From the NCBI GenBank assembly GCA_951406725.2, contig OX597838.1:29698001-29762000 (forward strand): a stretch of 64,000 nt of DNA. The letters run 5' to 3'. This document shows, piece after piece, positions 11,701 through 26,000 of this stretch; position 1 is the stretch's first letter; every line of letters begins with the position of its first letter. The notes below the pieces were generated by a model. That model was given only the letters and a program-made list of their open reading frames with translations. It ran no database searches and was not told the DNA's origin. Source of the stretch: Octopus vulgaris (lineage: Eukaryota). A program made the translations under genes and the position numbers.

Positions 11701-14700
11701 AAGGTAGGTTGGGGATCCTGTCAGTGTGGGTAAAACATGAAAAGTACCCGGAGAAGAATTGAGAGTTTGTGTAAGTATGGTGAAACATGTAATGAAATTT
11801 CGGTGTTTATATACCTGGTGTCAAGTCCTCATGGCAGTGCCACGTGCGGTGTGGCGACCATGCGGTATCGTGTAAAAATTAATTTTCCATCTTAATTTAG
11901 TTTTGTTCTATTTTGAAAAATAAAAATTTATTTGGTTTTATTATTGTTTATATTTTGAATTACATATATATGAGGACACCAAGATTTTTTAAGTGCTTAG
12001 GGCCTGAATGAGTCTTAATCTGGTCCTAGTGATGATGATCTTTTAAATGCTTAAGGCCCGAATGGGTCTTAATCTGACCCTGGTGATTATCATCATCATC
12101 ATCATTTAACGTCCGCTTTCCATGCTAGCATGGGTTGGACGATTTGACTGAGGTCTGGCGAACCAGACTCCAATCTGATCTGGCAGAGTTTCTACAGCTG
12201 GATGCCCTTCCTAACGCCAACCATTCCAAGAGTGTAGTGGGTGCTTTTATGTGCCACCGGCACGAGGACCAGTTTGATGGTACTGGCAACGGCCATGCCC
12301 AAATGGTGCTTTTTATGTGCCACCTGCACAGGAGCCAGTCCAGCGGCACTGGCGACGACCTCGCTCAAATGTTATGATGTTCTCAAGTAATACAACCCAT
12401 GCCAGCATGGAAAAAAGGGTGTTAAATGGTGAGGATATTAGATATCAACTCTTTACCTTGTATTCTTCTGTATATAAGAAATAAAAAAAGAAACCCCAAG
12501 CCATCTTCTCTTTTGTTCGTCTCTTTTATTCTTCAGTATTACTATTGATGATGTTGTTTATGTCATCGATTGTGGCAAAATCAAGGTGAAACATTTTGAA
12601 CCAGAGAAAAACTTAACATCGCTTGAACCCCAACTGGTGTCCAAAGCAAATGCTAAACAGCGCCGTGGACGAGCAGGCAGGTAAGTCGAGGTTTCTTGCA
12701 TTATTATAAATATGTTTCTTTACTACCCACAAGGGGCTAAACACAGAGGGGACAAACAAGGACAGACAAAGGGATTAAGTCGATTACATCGACCCCAGTG
12801 CGTAACTGGTACTTAATTTATCGACCTCGAAAGGATGAAAGGCAAAGTAGACCTCGGCGGAATTTGAACCCAGAATGTAACGGCAGACGAAATACGGCTA
12901 CGCATTTCACCCGGCGTGCTAACGTTTCTGCCAATAATAATTATGATAATGAGGACACATGGCTTAGTGGTTAAGGTGTTGCACTCACGATCTAGCGATT
13001 GTGATTTCAGTTCCTAGACTGGGCGGTGCATTGTGTTCTTGAGCAAAACACTTCATTTCATGTTGCTCTGAGATCACTTCGGTATTTGATGCATGGCACA
13101 CCGTGCCTCTGTTCAGGCAAGATCGATTTGAAGGCGAGAGTGAGGCAACATGCCGCATGACCACTTGATTGCTACAAACCAATCCTTTATCCCGGTCGTT
13201 CGATAAAAGCTGAAAGGTTCCTATGTCAGCTTCAACAGGAAAATCTGTCATCATCGTCATTGCCGCCACCATCGCCACTGCTGTGCTGCTGCTGCTGTTT
13301 TGTCTTGCATCCTTTCAGGATGGATTAAATGAATACCAGTCAAGTACCGGAGTTGATATAAATGACTAGCACCCCAACCCCCCAAAATCTCAGACCTTTG
13401 TACCTATAGTTGAAAGGATTATCATTAAAACGGTAAACCAGCAGAATTGTTACCATGTTGGCCAAAGTGCTTAGCAGTATTTCTCCCAGATCTGTATGTA
13501 ATGAGTTCAAATCCCTCTCAGGTCAACTTTACATTTCATCTCCTTGAGGTTGGACTCATTTTGTTTTTTTATTATCTCCTACTCTAAATGAAGGTTTATC
13601 TTTCATCACCTTCATACCATGTATACTACACACAGGCCCTTAAAATTCCCTTGGGCCTTAAGAATCTGTATTGTATCTAAAAGTTGTTTATCGGGTGTCG
13701 ATCACAGAATTTGTAGAAATGTTTTGTTGTTCTTTTTTTTTTGTGGTGGGCATGGTGTTTTTATGCTACATGTCGGTCCTTTTGAACAATTATTGATTGT
13801 AGAATTTTCCCTTGTTTCATTTTTTTCTTGGTTCCACTGGAAGAGTGCAGCCAGGTGAGTGTTATCACCTGTATTCCTCATTTACTGAGACAACACTGGA
13901 TGACTATCTCCTACCTGAAATGTTGAGAACACGGCTAGAGGAACTCTGCTTACAAATTAAGGTAAGACATGTAAAAGTGTAATCTAGCTTTGGATTTTAG
14001 ATTAACGAAGCAAAACTGTTGAGCAGATAAGGTTGGGGAATTAAGTTCCACTGTTTTGGCTTGGATTCTATGGCTCTAAATGAACTCTGCTTACAAATTA
14101 ACTCCTTTGATACCAACCTACTTGAGACTATCCCTGGTCAGTGGTCTTAATTAAAACCTTCCATCAAAAGATATTTACTCTTTATTCTTTTACTTGTTTC
14201 AGTCATTTGACTGTAGCCATGCTGGAGCACCACCTTTAGTTGAGCAAATCGACCCCAGGACTTATTCTTTGTAAGCCTAGTAATTATTCTATCAGTCTCT
14301 TTTGCCGAACCGCTTAATTACGGGGTCGTAAACACACCAACATCAGTTGTCAAGCGATGTTGGGGGGACAAGCATATACACACACATACATATATATTTA
14401 CATATATACGACGAGCTTCTTTCAGTTTCCGTCTACCAAATCATCTCACAAGGCTTTGGTCGGCCTGAGGCTATAGTAGAAGACACTTGCCCAAGGTGCC
14501 ATGCAGTGGGAATGAACCTGGAACCATGTGGTAGGTAAGCAAGCTACTTACCACACAGCCACTCCTGTGCCTTACCACATAACCACTTTAATTTATGTTC
14601 CAAATACCAGTTCAACCATTTAGCATTTAAACCTGTTGTATCTGGCCCAAGCATGATCCCTGGTTTTATGTTCTAACCAGCCAGATCCAGCCTATCACAC

Positions 14701-16258
14701 TTGTCCTTCAATGCCATTATAGAATATACAATCGCATCAACAAAATTTTGAAGCTAAGAGATAAAATATGATTTATTAAGAATAATGTGAATAAAAAAAC
14801 ATTACATTTTACAGAATAATCTGAATGCCAAGGGTTGATAATGGCAGTTATTTTAGTAAATTCTTCATTATTTTCAAAATTAATTGAAACAAAGGCTATT
14901 AGACAAGGGCAGAGCAAACAGGAAACTAGACAAAAACTTAACGGATGGGAAAGACATGATACACAGAATATTCACAGCTGAGTTTTCCTCGTCAGTCAAT
15001 GAGCCAAAATATCATAGTGGTTTCTCACCGTTATCATTGAAACCACTCAATCTTGGAGGCGCCAGTGTTATTAAGCTACTGGGAAAAAGCTAGCGAATGT
15101 ATAGTGAAACAGAAACAAACAAGACATATAAATACAACAGATGAAGAATTATGCATATATAACATGAAGCCTTATGGCTATATAGAATAGAAGAGAAAAA
15201 TAATAATAATTATACATACACCACAAATACAACAGAAAGAGCTTTGGTCACCTAGGTAACAGAGGCTATCAACTACTTCTAGTTTTTCCCCCGACATGTG
15301 ACAGAAACTGTTTTCTGCACATTTTCATTGTTTATTGCCCCTGAGCATTTGCCACACACGAAAACAATCTTCCCAGTTAACCTTCCTTTGATATTGCTGC
15401 ATTTATGTTTCCATAGCTTACACATGGTACATCTTGTGGAGTTTCTACCTATGCCTTTTCTACAGATCAAGCAGGGCCATCTACATGAAGGGATTTGCCA
15501 TTTGTCTGCTTTCCTACTTACTAAGACTTTAGTTTTTGCTAGATTGACTATAAGGCCCTTCTATTCTAGACCTTGCTTCCACACCTGAAATTTCTCCCCT
15601 AGTTCTGATAGTGTTTCAGCTATTAGAGCAAGGTCAGCAGCATAGAGAAGTTCCCAGGGGCATCCTGTCTTGAATTCCTGTTATTGCTTGGAGGACTATG
15701 ATGAATAAGAGGGGGCTGAGAACTAAAATAAAGCACCAGCCAAGTACTGGGGATGTCAATGGTATCAACTAACCCCTAATCCCCTTGCCTCAATACTGCT
15801 GGCCTTGAGCCCAAATTTGAAACCATTATTATTATTATTGTTGTTGTTGTTGTTATAATTATTTTTATTATTATCTCTTTGTCAGTTATTGAAGTTGGGA
15901 AAAATTATTCCATTTGTGGAGAAAGCGATCCAGACTCCGTCATTACAAGCATTAAACTCAGCCATCAAAATCTTACAAGACCTGGTAAGTTGCTGTAGTT
16001 CAAACCTTTATCATCATCATCATCATCATCACCATCTCTCTCTCTCCCTCTCTCTCTCTCTATTTTACTTCCTTTTTTATTTGAAACAATATAGGCGCAG
16101 GAGTGGCTGTTTGGTAAGTAGCTTGATAACCAACCACATGGTTCCGGGTTCAGTCCCACTGCGTGGCATCTTGGGCAAGTGTCTTCTGCTATAGCCCCGG
16201 GCCGACCAATGCCTTGTGAGTGGATTTGGTAGACGGAAACTGAAAGAAGCCTGTCGTA

Positions 16259-16307
<49 letters not shown>

Positions 16308-17975
16308 TTGTGTTTGTCCCCCTCGCATTGCTTGACAACCGATGCTGGTGTGTTTACGTCCCCGTCACTTAGCGGTTCGGCAAAAGAGACCGATAGAATA
16401 AGTACTGGGCTTACAAAGAATAAGTCCCGGGGTCGATTTGCTTGACTAAAGGCGGTGCTCCAGCATGGCCGCAGTCAAATGACTGAAACAAGTAAAAAGA
16501 GAAAAAGAGTAATCAGTTTGGTTCACATTCCCACCCAGCACCACCACCCTTTCTCTTTCCCTTCTATTTGCTCCCTTCCCTCAACCAGGGCCCGCATGGC
16601 CCTTAGGGGACCACATAAGATTTTGTTGTTAGAATTTATGTGCAATAAATAGATTAAGTCAATAAAAGCTGATTGGATCCAGTGAAACTAACCCAACCCA
16701 TGCCAGCATGGAAAAAAGATAGATGATGATGATGATGATGGTAACGATGATAGTAGTGATGATGATGATGATGAGAGTGACATGCTGATGGTGATGGTGG
16801 TGATATACATTTTTTTTTTAAGCTACTTTTATTGCATAATGTTGTTTTATTTTGTAGAATGCTCTTGACCAGGATGAAAACCTCCTCCCACTGGGCAAAC
16901 ACTTGGCCCGCATGCCTGTCGACCCACATTCCGGCAAGATGATCCTGTTTGGTGCCATGTTTTGTTGCCTTGACCCCATCCTCACAGTTGCTGCCAGCTT
17001 GAGCTTTAAAGACGCTTTTGTTATCCCCTTGGTAAGTCGATCTATATTATCCTTTGGCTGACCCAGCCATTGTTATCCCACTGATAAACCCATCGAAATT
17101 TGTGGGCCTGTGTCAGTGTCTCATTTTGTGTGGCTTCAGATTCAATTCCACTGTACAGCACCTCGGGCATCTCTGATTTACTATGGCCCTGAGCTTTGGT
17201 ACATGGAAACTGTGTGGAAGCCTACTGTATTTGTGTGTGAGTGTGTGTGTGGATATATTTATTTATGCGAACCACCATCTTCAGTACTGTTCTCCTCTTC
17301 TGGTAAATTATTTGGTAACCTCACTGGTGCTGGTGCCACATAAAGAGCACCCAGTACACTCTGAAAAGTGGTTGGCGTTAAGAAAGGACATCCGGGACAT
17401 AACAACAGGTGTCTTTCGACTAAGGACGAATTGAATTAAGCTGGCGCATGTGGAAGCCTTACGGTAGGGATACAAAAGTTTCACAAACACATGGAGGAAT
17501 ATCGATGTTGCACGGACAACGGTCAGACCAAGAAAGAAAACAGGCTAGGCTGACTGGCGGCCACGTGGGAAGAGAAAAGAGAGAAGTAGAAGCAGAGGGT
17601 CAGAGCTTAATTGAATTCATCCTTAGTCGAAAGACACCTGTTGTTATGTCCTGTTATTATTTTTATTGCATTTTTTATTGTATTTATATTTGTGTAACAT
17701 TGTCCGTTTTTTCCCTCCTTGTTTTTGTATACATTCGCTGCTTTCTTCCAAGTATTCTAATGCTCTTAGCTTAGTTTTTCCTTGGGGCTGGCCAGATTGG
17801 AGCAATCTCGAGTATAACCAGTCGAAATTGCAAAGGTAATCTGGAACTCGGCTGAAGAAAGAAAACTCCGAATGGCCCATCCTTGTTTTCTTTGTATTGT
17901 CTTTCTGGATGTTTTGTTATACCAATTTTTGTATCACCTAACTGTCTGGATGTTTTGCGTTCTTGTCCGATTTTG

Positions 17976-18020
<45 letters not shown>

Positions 18021-20030
18021 CATGTATGCGACCAGCTTCTTTCAGTTTCCATCTACCAAATCCACTCGCAAGACTTTGGTTGGCCCGACGCTATAGTAGA
18101 AAACACTTACCCAAGGTTCCAAGCAGTGGAACTGAACCCAGGACCATGTGGTTGGGAAGCAAGCTAGTTACCACACAGCCACATCTATGTTTTCTAATAT
18201 GTTTGTGTATTTATATTTATTTATGTTTTTTTTTTTTATTAGGGAAAGGAGAAAGCAGCGGATCAACAGCGGAAAATGTTGGCTGAAGGAAGCAAGAGCG
18301 ACCACATTATGTTAATTAATGCATACAAGGTAACAGTGTGTGTATGTGAGTGTGTGGTATAGAAGAATGGTGAAGATGTTAGGGGCTATAACAAAAGTGG
18401 GGCTGCATGCTTTAGAGTTATTTGTTTTGTTAGGGTTTTTCCAGCATTTGTTGCTATCTGCTCAAGGATTGTTCCCCTAAGATGAGGCAGCGTTAACCCC
18501 TTAGTGTTTGCATTATTCTGCCAAAATTAATCCTTTTTTATCCACATTGTTTTGGATTAATCATGCATTATCTTGTAGCTATGAGATTTCAATCATATGA
18601 CTGTTTATGTTTTGAATGACATTGTTAGGTAGGTGTGAGAGACCAGATCCGGCTACTTAAATCCTTTAGAATTCAGATATCTCTGTCATGTATAATCCTT
18701 ATTTCTTTGCATTGTTTTGAACTAATCTTGGATTATCTTGTAGCTATGAGATTTTGATGAGGTAGCTGTTAATTTTTAAAACGATATTGTAGGGCTGGTG
18801 TGAGAGACCAGATCTGGCCAGTTTGAACATAAAACAGGCAGAATACTTTTGGCCGGATATGGGCGGTTTAAATGCTAAAGGGTTTAAACCAGGTTAACGT
18901 GTGTGTGTATGGCAGTGCTCCAGCATGACTGGTCCTGTGACTGAAGCATATATGCTTGCATGGCTCAGATGGAATTTATTGAGGCAGATTTTCTTAAGGC
19001 TGGATGCCCTTCCTGTTTTCAAGCAACCACAATATTTCCCCATGGCCAGACATGTTTTCATGGAAGATTGGAGATTAATGAAATGACCGGGGGGGGGGTC
19101 ACATTTATTAACAAATATCATTTGGAAGGGCATCCAGCTGTAAAAGCCAAGCCAAAGCTGACCCCGACTGTATTGGTATCATGTAAAAAGCTCTCAATGC
19201 ACACAGTAAGGTGGTTGGTGTTAGGAAGGGCATCCAGCCGTAAAAGCCCTGCCAAAACAGACATAGAAACCTGTAGCATCTAACCAGCATGGAAGGTGGA
19301 CGTTAAATGATGATGATGAGGAGGTAGATTGATAGATGGACAGATGAATAGATTGATAAATAGATAGATGGACAGACAGACGGACACACGCACAAGCACA
19401 TGATAGGTTTCTTTCAGTTTCCATCATAGCTACTGGATCCGATCCGATCAGGGGCTAAAGAAATTATCAACAACGACTTTTTCTCCTGGTTGCTTGACCT
19501 GGTAGAAATAGCAACCAAATCTTGTTAAAATTACACTCCGTCATGTTTTCTTTTTTTCAAATTCATTTGATGAGTGTGTCAGAGGAATCAATCAGTTGAT
19601 CAGTGTGTAGAAAGAAATAATCAATAATCTATCATGATCATCATCGTTTAACATCCGCTTTCCATGCTAACATGGGTTGGACGATTTGACTGAGGACTGG
19701 TGAACCAGAGGATCGATATGTAAGTTGCCAACCCTTCGACCCTGGAACTGGAAACTAAACCAACTCCAGCACTAGATTAGCTTACTATTCTTGTGAAGAG
19801 GGTGTCTAGGTATCCAGCAGGGCTAAAAACAAGACCTGTTGAAGGATGGAGGAGCTTCTTATAGGCCAATGACCATCCAGTTGAGAAAGGCAATGGCAAG
19901 CCACCCCAATATCTCTGCCCAGAAAACACTATGAGAAAGTCTAAACAAAGCAATACAATGGTTTCATTCGATGGGAGAACTCACACTCAATTGAGAAGGC
20001 TTCCATTGTAGTGTCATATATCATCAGGTG

Positions 20031-20064
<34 letters not shown>

Positions 20065-23000
20065 TTAACGTTTGCTTTCCATGCTGGCATGGGTTGGACA
20101 GTTTGACAAGAGCTGGCCACGCAGTAGACCACTGTGTCTGTTTTGGCATGGTTATCACAGCTGGATGCCCTTCCGAACACTGACCACCTGGCAGAGTGGA
20201 CAGAGCATTTTTTTCACCTGGCACCAGCACAGGTGGTTAAAAAAAAATACTATATAAGCATAGAATACATGATGACGATGACACAAGGACCAGGTGATGG
20301 TTTTGAACCAGGCAACTGGGTAACTTATTTAGTCTGTCACCCAATAAACTGGTGTGACCCATCCATCAGGCTTCCGTACAGTTTCCATCCAATCATTTTT
20401 TTTATCTTCGTTTTACTTGTCTCAGTTATTAGAATGTGGCCATGCTGGGGCACCACCTTGAACAATATTTAGTCGAATAACTTGACCTCAATACCATTTT
20501 TTTTCTCAAGCCTGGTACCTATTCTATCATTCCCTTTTTGCTGAACCACTAAGTTACAGGACAACACTGGTTGTCAAGCAGTAGTGAGGGACAAATAGTC
20601 ATGCGCACACACATACACACACTTTGCACATATATACAATAGGCTTCTTTTTAGTTTCCATCTACCACTTATAAGGCTTTGGTCGGCCCGAGGCTATAGC
20701 AGAAGACACTTGACTTAAGATGCCACGCAGTGGGACTGAACCTGGAACCATGTGGTTGGGAAGCCATGCATGTACCTGTTTTGCTCACAAGGCTTTGGTG
20801 AACTTGAGGTTGTGGTAGAGAAAACACTTGCACAAGGTTCCGTGTGTTAGGATTGAACCTGACACTACGCGGTTGCAAATCAAACTTGTTAAACAACAAC
20901 AGCTGTTCTCTGCTTCCAAAGCAGCAGAAGATATTGATCGATTGATTGATTTGTGTGTGGGAGGAAATCGCCAATCAGTTGATCTGTGCATAAGAGGAAG
21001 TCAGGAAATAGGAAGAAAGAATTTCTTGCCAAAATGAAAGAAAAAAGAAAAATATTTCTTATACTTTTCGAAAGAACAAAAAAAAAAGTTTCTCCCTTAC
21101 AACCTCATCCCATCCCCCTTACAACCCCCCATCCCTTCTTCCTCCCTGCTGACCACGTGCTTTGTTTGTGTCCAAGACTGACCGATCTTTCAATCAAGAA
21201 CCAACAGGAAATTACCAAATCTAATCTTAATCAGATGTTGTTGTTGTTGTTGTTGTCGTTGTGCAACCCTAACCCTATCCCTTCCAGTTGGCCCTGGTGG
21301 AAGAAGGCGGCCAATTAGCGGATGTGAGAATGTCTGATAGATTACTCGATGCTAATCATTCCGGCTAATGCTCTCCAAGTTCAAATCTTACTGAGGCCAA
21401 CTTTGTCTTTCACCCTTCCAGGGTTAATATATAAAATACCTATTTCTTTACTACCTACAAGGGGCTAGATAAACACAGAGAGGACAAACAAGGACCGACA
21501 AACGGATTAAGTCTATTATATCGGCCCCAGTGCGTAACTGGTACTTATTTAATGGACCCCGAAAGGATGAAAGGACAAAGTCGACCTCGGCGGAATTTGA
21601 ACTCAGAACGTAGTGGCAGACGAAATACCTATTTCTTTATTACCCACAAGGGGCTAAACACAGAGAGGACAAACAAGGACAGACATGGGTATTAAGTCAA
21701 TTAGATCGACCCCAGTGCGTAACTGGTTCTTAATTTATTGACCCCGAAAGGATGAAAGGCAAAGTCGACCTCGGCGGAATTTGAACTCACAACGTAGCGG
21801 CAGACGAAATACCACTAAGCATTCCACCCGACGTGCTAACGTTTCTGCCAGCCTGCCGCCTTTCCAGGGTTAATAAATAAAATACCAGGCCCATACTGGG
21901 GTCGTTTCTTCCCTTTCTCTGTATGTATGTCTATCTTTCTCTCCCCCTCTCTCTCTCCAGAAGAATTTGACTGTAGTTAGACCTGGAGAGGAAAGGGCCC
22001 TGTTAAGTCTAACAGTGCCCAAGAAATGCCATTTGCTATGAGGTGTTCCTCCTACGTCACCATCAAGGTGTTGAGGATCCAAGACAAAGGTGAACAAGAT
22101 CAATCACTCACAGGTTATCTATGAACCCATTAGACGAACAAGCTATACAGATCTATCACTGATTACCTCAGATCTGGCAGCTGTGTCACTGCCTCATTCA
22201 CTGAGCACTGCAACACATCTTGCTTTGCCTAGCCTTGTCTTCTACAAAAAAGCCCGTCCTTGTGGTATGGTCATCTTTCTGCTTCTATGACCAGTTATAG
22301 GAAAACTGCAGGCTGCATGTGGCCCATGGAAACTTCTCGGTGGCACATCCAATGAAAATATTATCTTGGAAATTTTTAATTGTGTGTCTCATCTGTTGAC
22401 GAGCCATGACTCATATGGCCTGCTTCTCAAAAAGGAAGGCCCATATATGCTCCATGACCCTTAGAACTTTGCTAGCAGTACACAAGCTCTTTGTAAGGCC
22501 TTTTTTGATGGACCAGTGAAAGAACTGAGGCCACACTAATATTGGCCACCTCTTCCTAAATGTAAAATTGGTTTTGTGCTGGGCCAACAGTCCTATCTAG
22601 GAAAAAATTCAGAAGCATTGATGGCAATTCAAAACCTACAAAACCTGGGAGAGAAAAGCCTTCTGTCAGGGACAGTCCAGGGTTGAGAACAATGGAGAAG
22701 AGTTGTTGATGGCCTGTGCACCATAGGGATCAAAAGGCTTAAGTATGTAAAACCCTTTGTCTTGGGTCCTCAATTCCTGATGAAGTTATAGGAGTATTGC
22801 TGTGGCATGTGACATGTCTTGGACATTCTTAAATCCAGTGGAGCCCAACAAGTTCCTCTGTAGTTTCCTTCAGGAACAGAGATGTGGAGCAGTGGTTGCG
22901 AGGAATAATTATTATTACCTTATTACTTGAAGAGATAATCAGACACAAATATGAAATAAGTGATTGGTATGTTATTTCTTCTGTTTCAGGGTTGGAGAAA

Positions 23001-26000
23001 GTCTGTAGCTGGACGTTATGATTATTCCTACTGTCACCAGAACTTTCTCTCTTCCAACACACTTAAGGTAAGAACTCTTTATCATTATAATTATTACTAT
23101 TATTATTATTATTATTATTATTATGAAGGTGGTGAGCTGGCAGAATTGTTATGCGTGGCAGCTGGCAGAATTGTTAGCATGCTGAACGAAATGCTTAGCG
23201 GTATTTCAGCTGTCGCTACGTTCTGAGTTCAAATTCTGCTGAGGTCGACTTTGCCTTTCATCCTTTCGGGGTTGATTAAATAAGTACCAGCTATGCACTG
23301 GGGTCTATGTAATCGACTTAATCTATTTCCCCAGGCCTTCTGCCTACAGTAGAACGGATTATTATTATTATTAAGGTGGCGAGCTGGCAGAATCGTTAGC
23401 ATGCTGGGCAAAATGCTTGTCTGTCCTTATGTTCCGAGTTCAAATTCCACTGAGGTCGATGAAATAAGTACCAGTTGAGTTCTGGGGTTGATGTAACTGA
23501 CTTCACCCCGACCCCTGAAATTGCTGAGTGAACAATTAAGCCTGTCTTGTTCTATCTAGGAGTACATCACCCAACAACTCCTTCCTTCTTTGAAAGACAC
23601 TATGGTGTAGATTTGGCTGCTATTTCTAACATATCAAACAACCTTGGAAAGGGTCAATATTGTCACCGGATGCTGTTTCATTTCCATAACACTTATAAGA
23701 TGCAACCTGAGGGACATGTAGCTGCTATATCTAGCAGGTCAAGCTACCTTGTAGAAGCCACCAGTTTCTTTGTTGAGCTTCTTTTTGATGTAGTGTTTTA
23801 TTTATTTTTCTTATTTCTTTTATTTTTAGCTGCTGAAAGAGATGAAGGGTCAGTTTGCATCCCTGATCCACCAACTTGGCTTCATATCACAACCAAATCC
23901 ATCAGAGAGAAATGCTAACAAAAATTCTGGTAGGCCCTTCCTATTGTTTTAGCTGATTATATCTCTTTTACTTGTTTCAGTCATTTGACTGCGGCCATGC
24001 TGGAGCACCACCTTTAGTCAAGCAAATCGAGCCCCGTGACTTATTCTTTGTAAGCCCAGTACTTATTCTATCGGTCTCTTTTGCCGAACCGCTATGTGAC
24101 GGGGACGCAAACACACCAGCATCGGTTGTCAAGCAATGCTAGGGGGACAAACACAGACACACAAACATATACACATACACACATACATATATATATATAT
24201 ACATATATACGACGGGCTTCTTTCAGTTTCCGTCTACCAAATCCACTCACAAGGCATTGGTCGGCCCGGGGCTATAGCAGAAGACACTTGCCCAAGATGC
24301 CACGCAGTGGGACTGAACCCGGAACCATGTGGTTGGTAAGCAAGCTACTTACCACACAGCCACTCCCGCGCCTATATACGCATTCACTTTTTTTTTTCCA
24401 CCTGGATTTACTGCAATGTTGGATTTTAACGACCTTATCGTTTATTGTGCTTTTAATTACTGTCGATTCAGTTTTTGATGCATGAATTCTCTCTGCATTG
24501 ATATAACAATGCGTGTGTGTGTGTGTGTTTATTTATTTGTGTGTTTTGTACTTTGTTCAGATAACCTGGAGTTGATAAAAGCCATTATTTGTGCCGGTCT
24601 TTACCCAAACGTTGCCAAAGTACAGAAACCTTCGATGGGTAAAAGGTAAGTCAGTTGCACCACCACCACCATCATCATCATCATCACCAGTACTCCAACC
24701 ATCACCACTATCACCATCACCATCATCACCACCATCATCATTACCACCACCATCATCATTACCATCACTACCACCACCATCACCCCTACCACCACCATCA
24801 CCCCAACCGCCATCATCATCATCACCAACACTAGCAGCAAGTGCTCTTCTCACCTATTCCCTATCTCTAACCGTCTCTCATGCTGTCATACACTCTTGTA
24901 ACCTCTGCCCAGACTCCCTGTTCCTCCGCCCCCATTCACCCTTACTTACTTCATATTTTGAGGATCCACCCTGATATTTTCACTACCATTATTTTGATCC
25001 CTTTCCACTTCCACCTCAACCACTCTTGCCCTCACTTCCATAATGTCAGTAGCCCTTTAGCTTCCCTACAGCAAGAAACCCATTCTGTACTGGCCCCTTC
25101 TCTCACACTTGAATTCATCATCTCATAGCATTAAGTCACCTCCCACCATCTCTGCTGAATCCCACACTGTTGAAGGGGATCTTATTTAGTCTTGCAGGCT
25201 ACAGGGTGACCCCACTAATGCTGGTGCCACAAAAACACAAAACATCCAGTCCACTCTGTAAAGGGGTTGGTACTAGAAAGGGCATCCAACTATAGAACCT
25301 GATGCCAAAACAAACAATCAGAGCCTTGTGCAGTCCTTGGCCCCACTTGATCATAACAAACCATCCAACCAATGCTAATTAAGAACATGGGCATTAAATG
25401 GTAATGCCCATCTTCTTAGCTGGCATCACACACACACACATATATTTATATACATCATCATCATCATCATTTAACGTCCGCTTTCCATGCTATCATGGGT
25501 TGGACAATTTGACTGAGGTCTGGCGAACCAGACTCCAATCTGATCTGGTAGAGTTTCTACAGCTGGATGCCCTTCCTAACGCCATTGTCTATTAGGTTTT
25601 TTTTGGTAGTTTTTGAACTTTTAGTTGTGTATATTTAACATTTTTGTTAGGCCATTTTATTTGTATTTTCTTCAATTATATTTTTACCTTCTGTGATTTT
25701 ATGTATTTTTTTTTTGTACTTGTTTTAGTCATTTGACTGCGGCCATGCTGGAGCACCGCCTTTAGAGTGGTGAAAGAGTACAGCAGGGATCACCACCATC
25801 CCCTGCCGGAGCCTCGTGAAGCTTTTAGGTGTTTTCGCTCAATAAACACACACAACGCCCGGTCTGGGAATCGAAACCGCGATCCTCCGACCGCAAGTCC
25901 GCTGCCCTAACCATTGGGCCATTGCGCCTCCACTATTATTTTTTATGTGTTTGAAAACCATGGTGTTTTTTTTTTTATATATGATTAAATGTTTGAGGGG

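Noticed and set aside
22291-22555. Possible old hAT MITE
   Set aside because: Ends only loosely resemble hAT TIRs and no TSD was found
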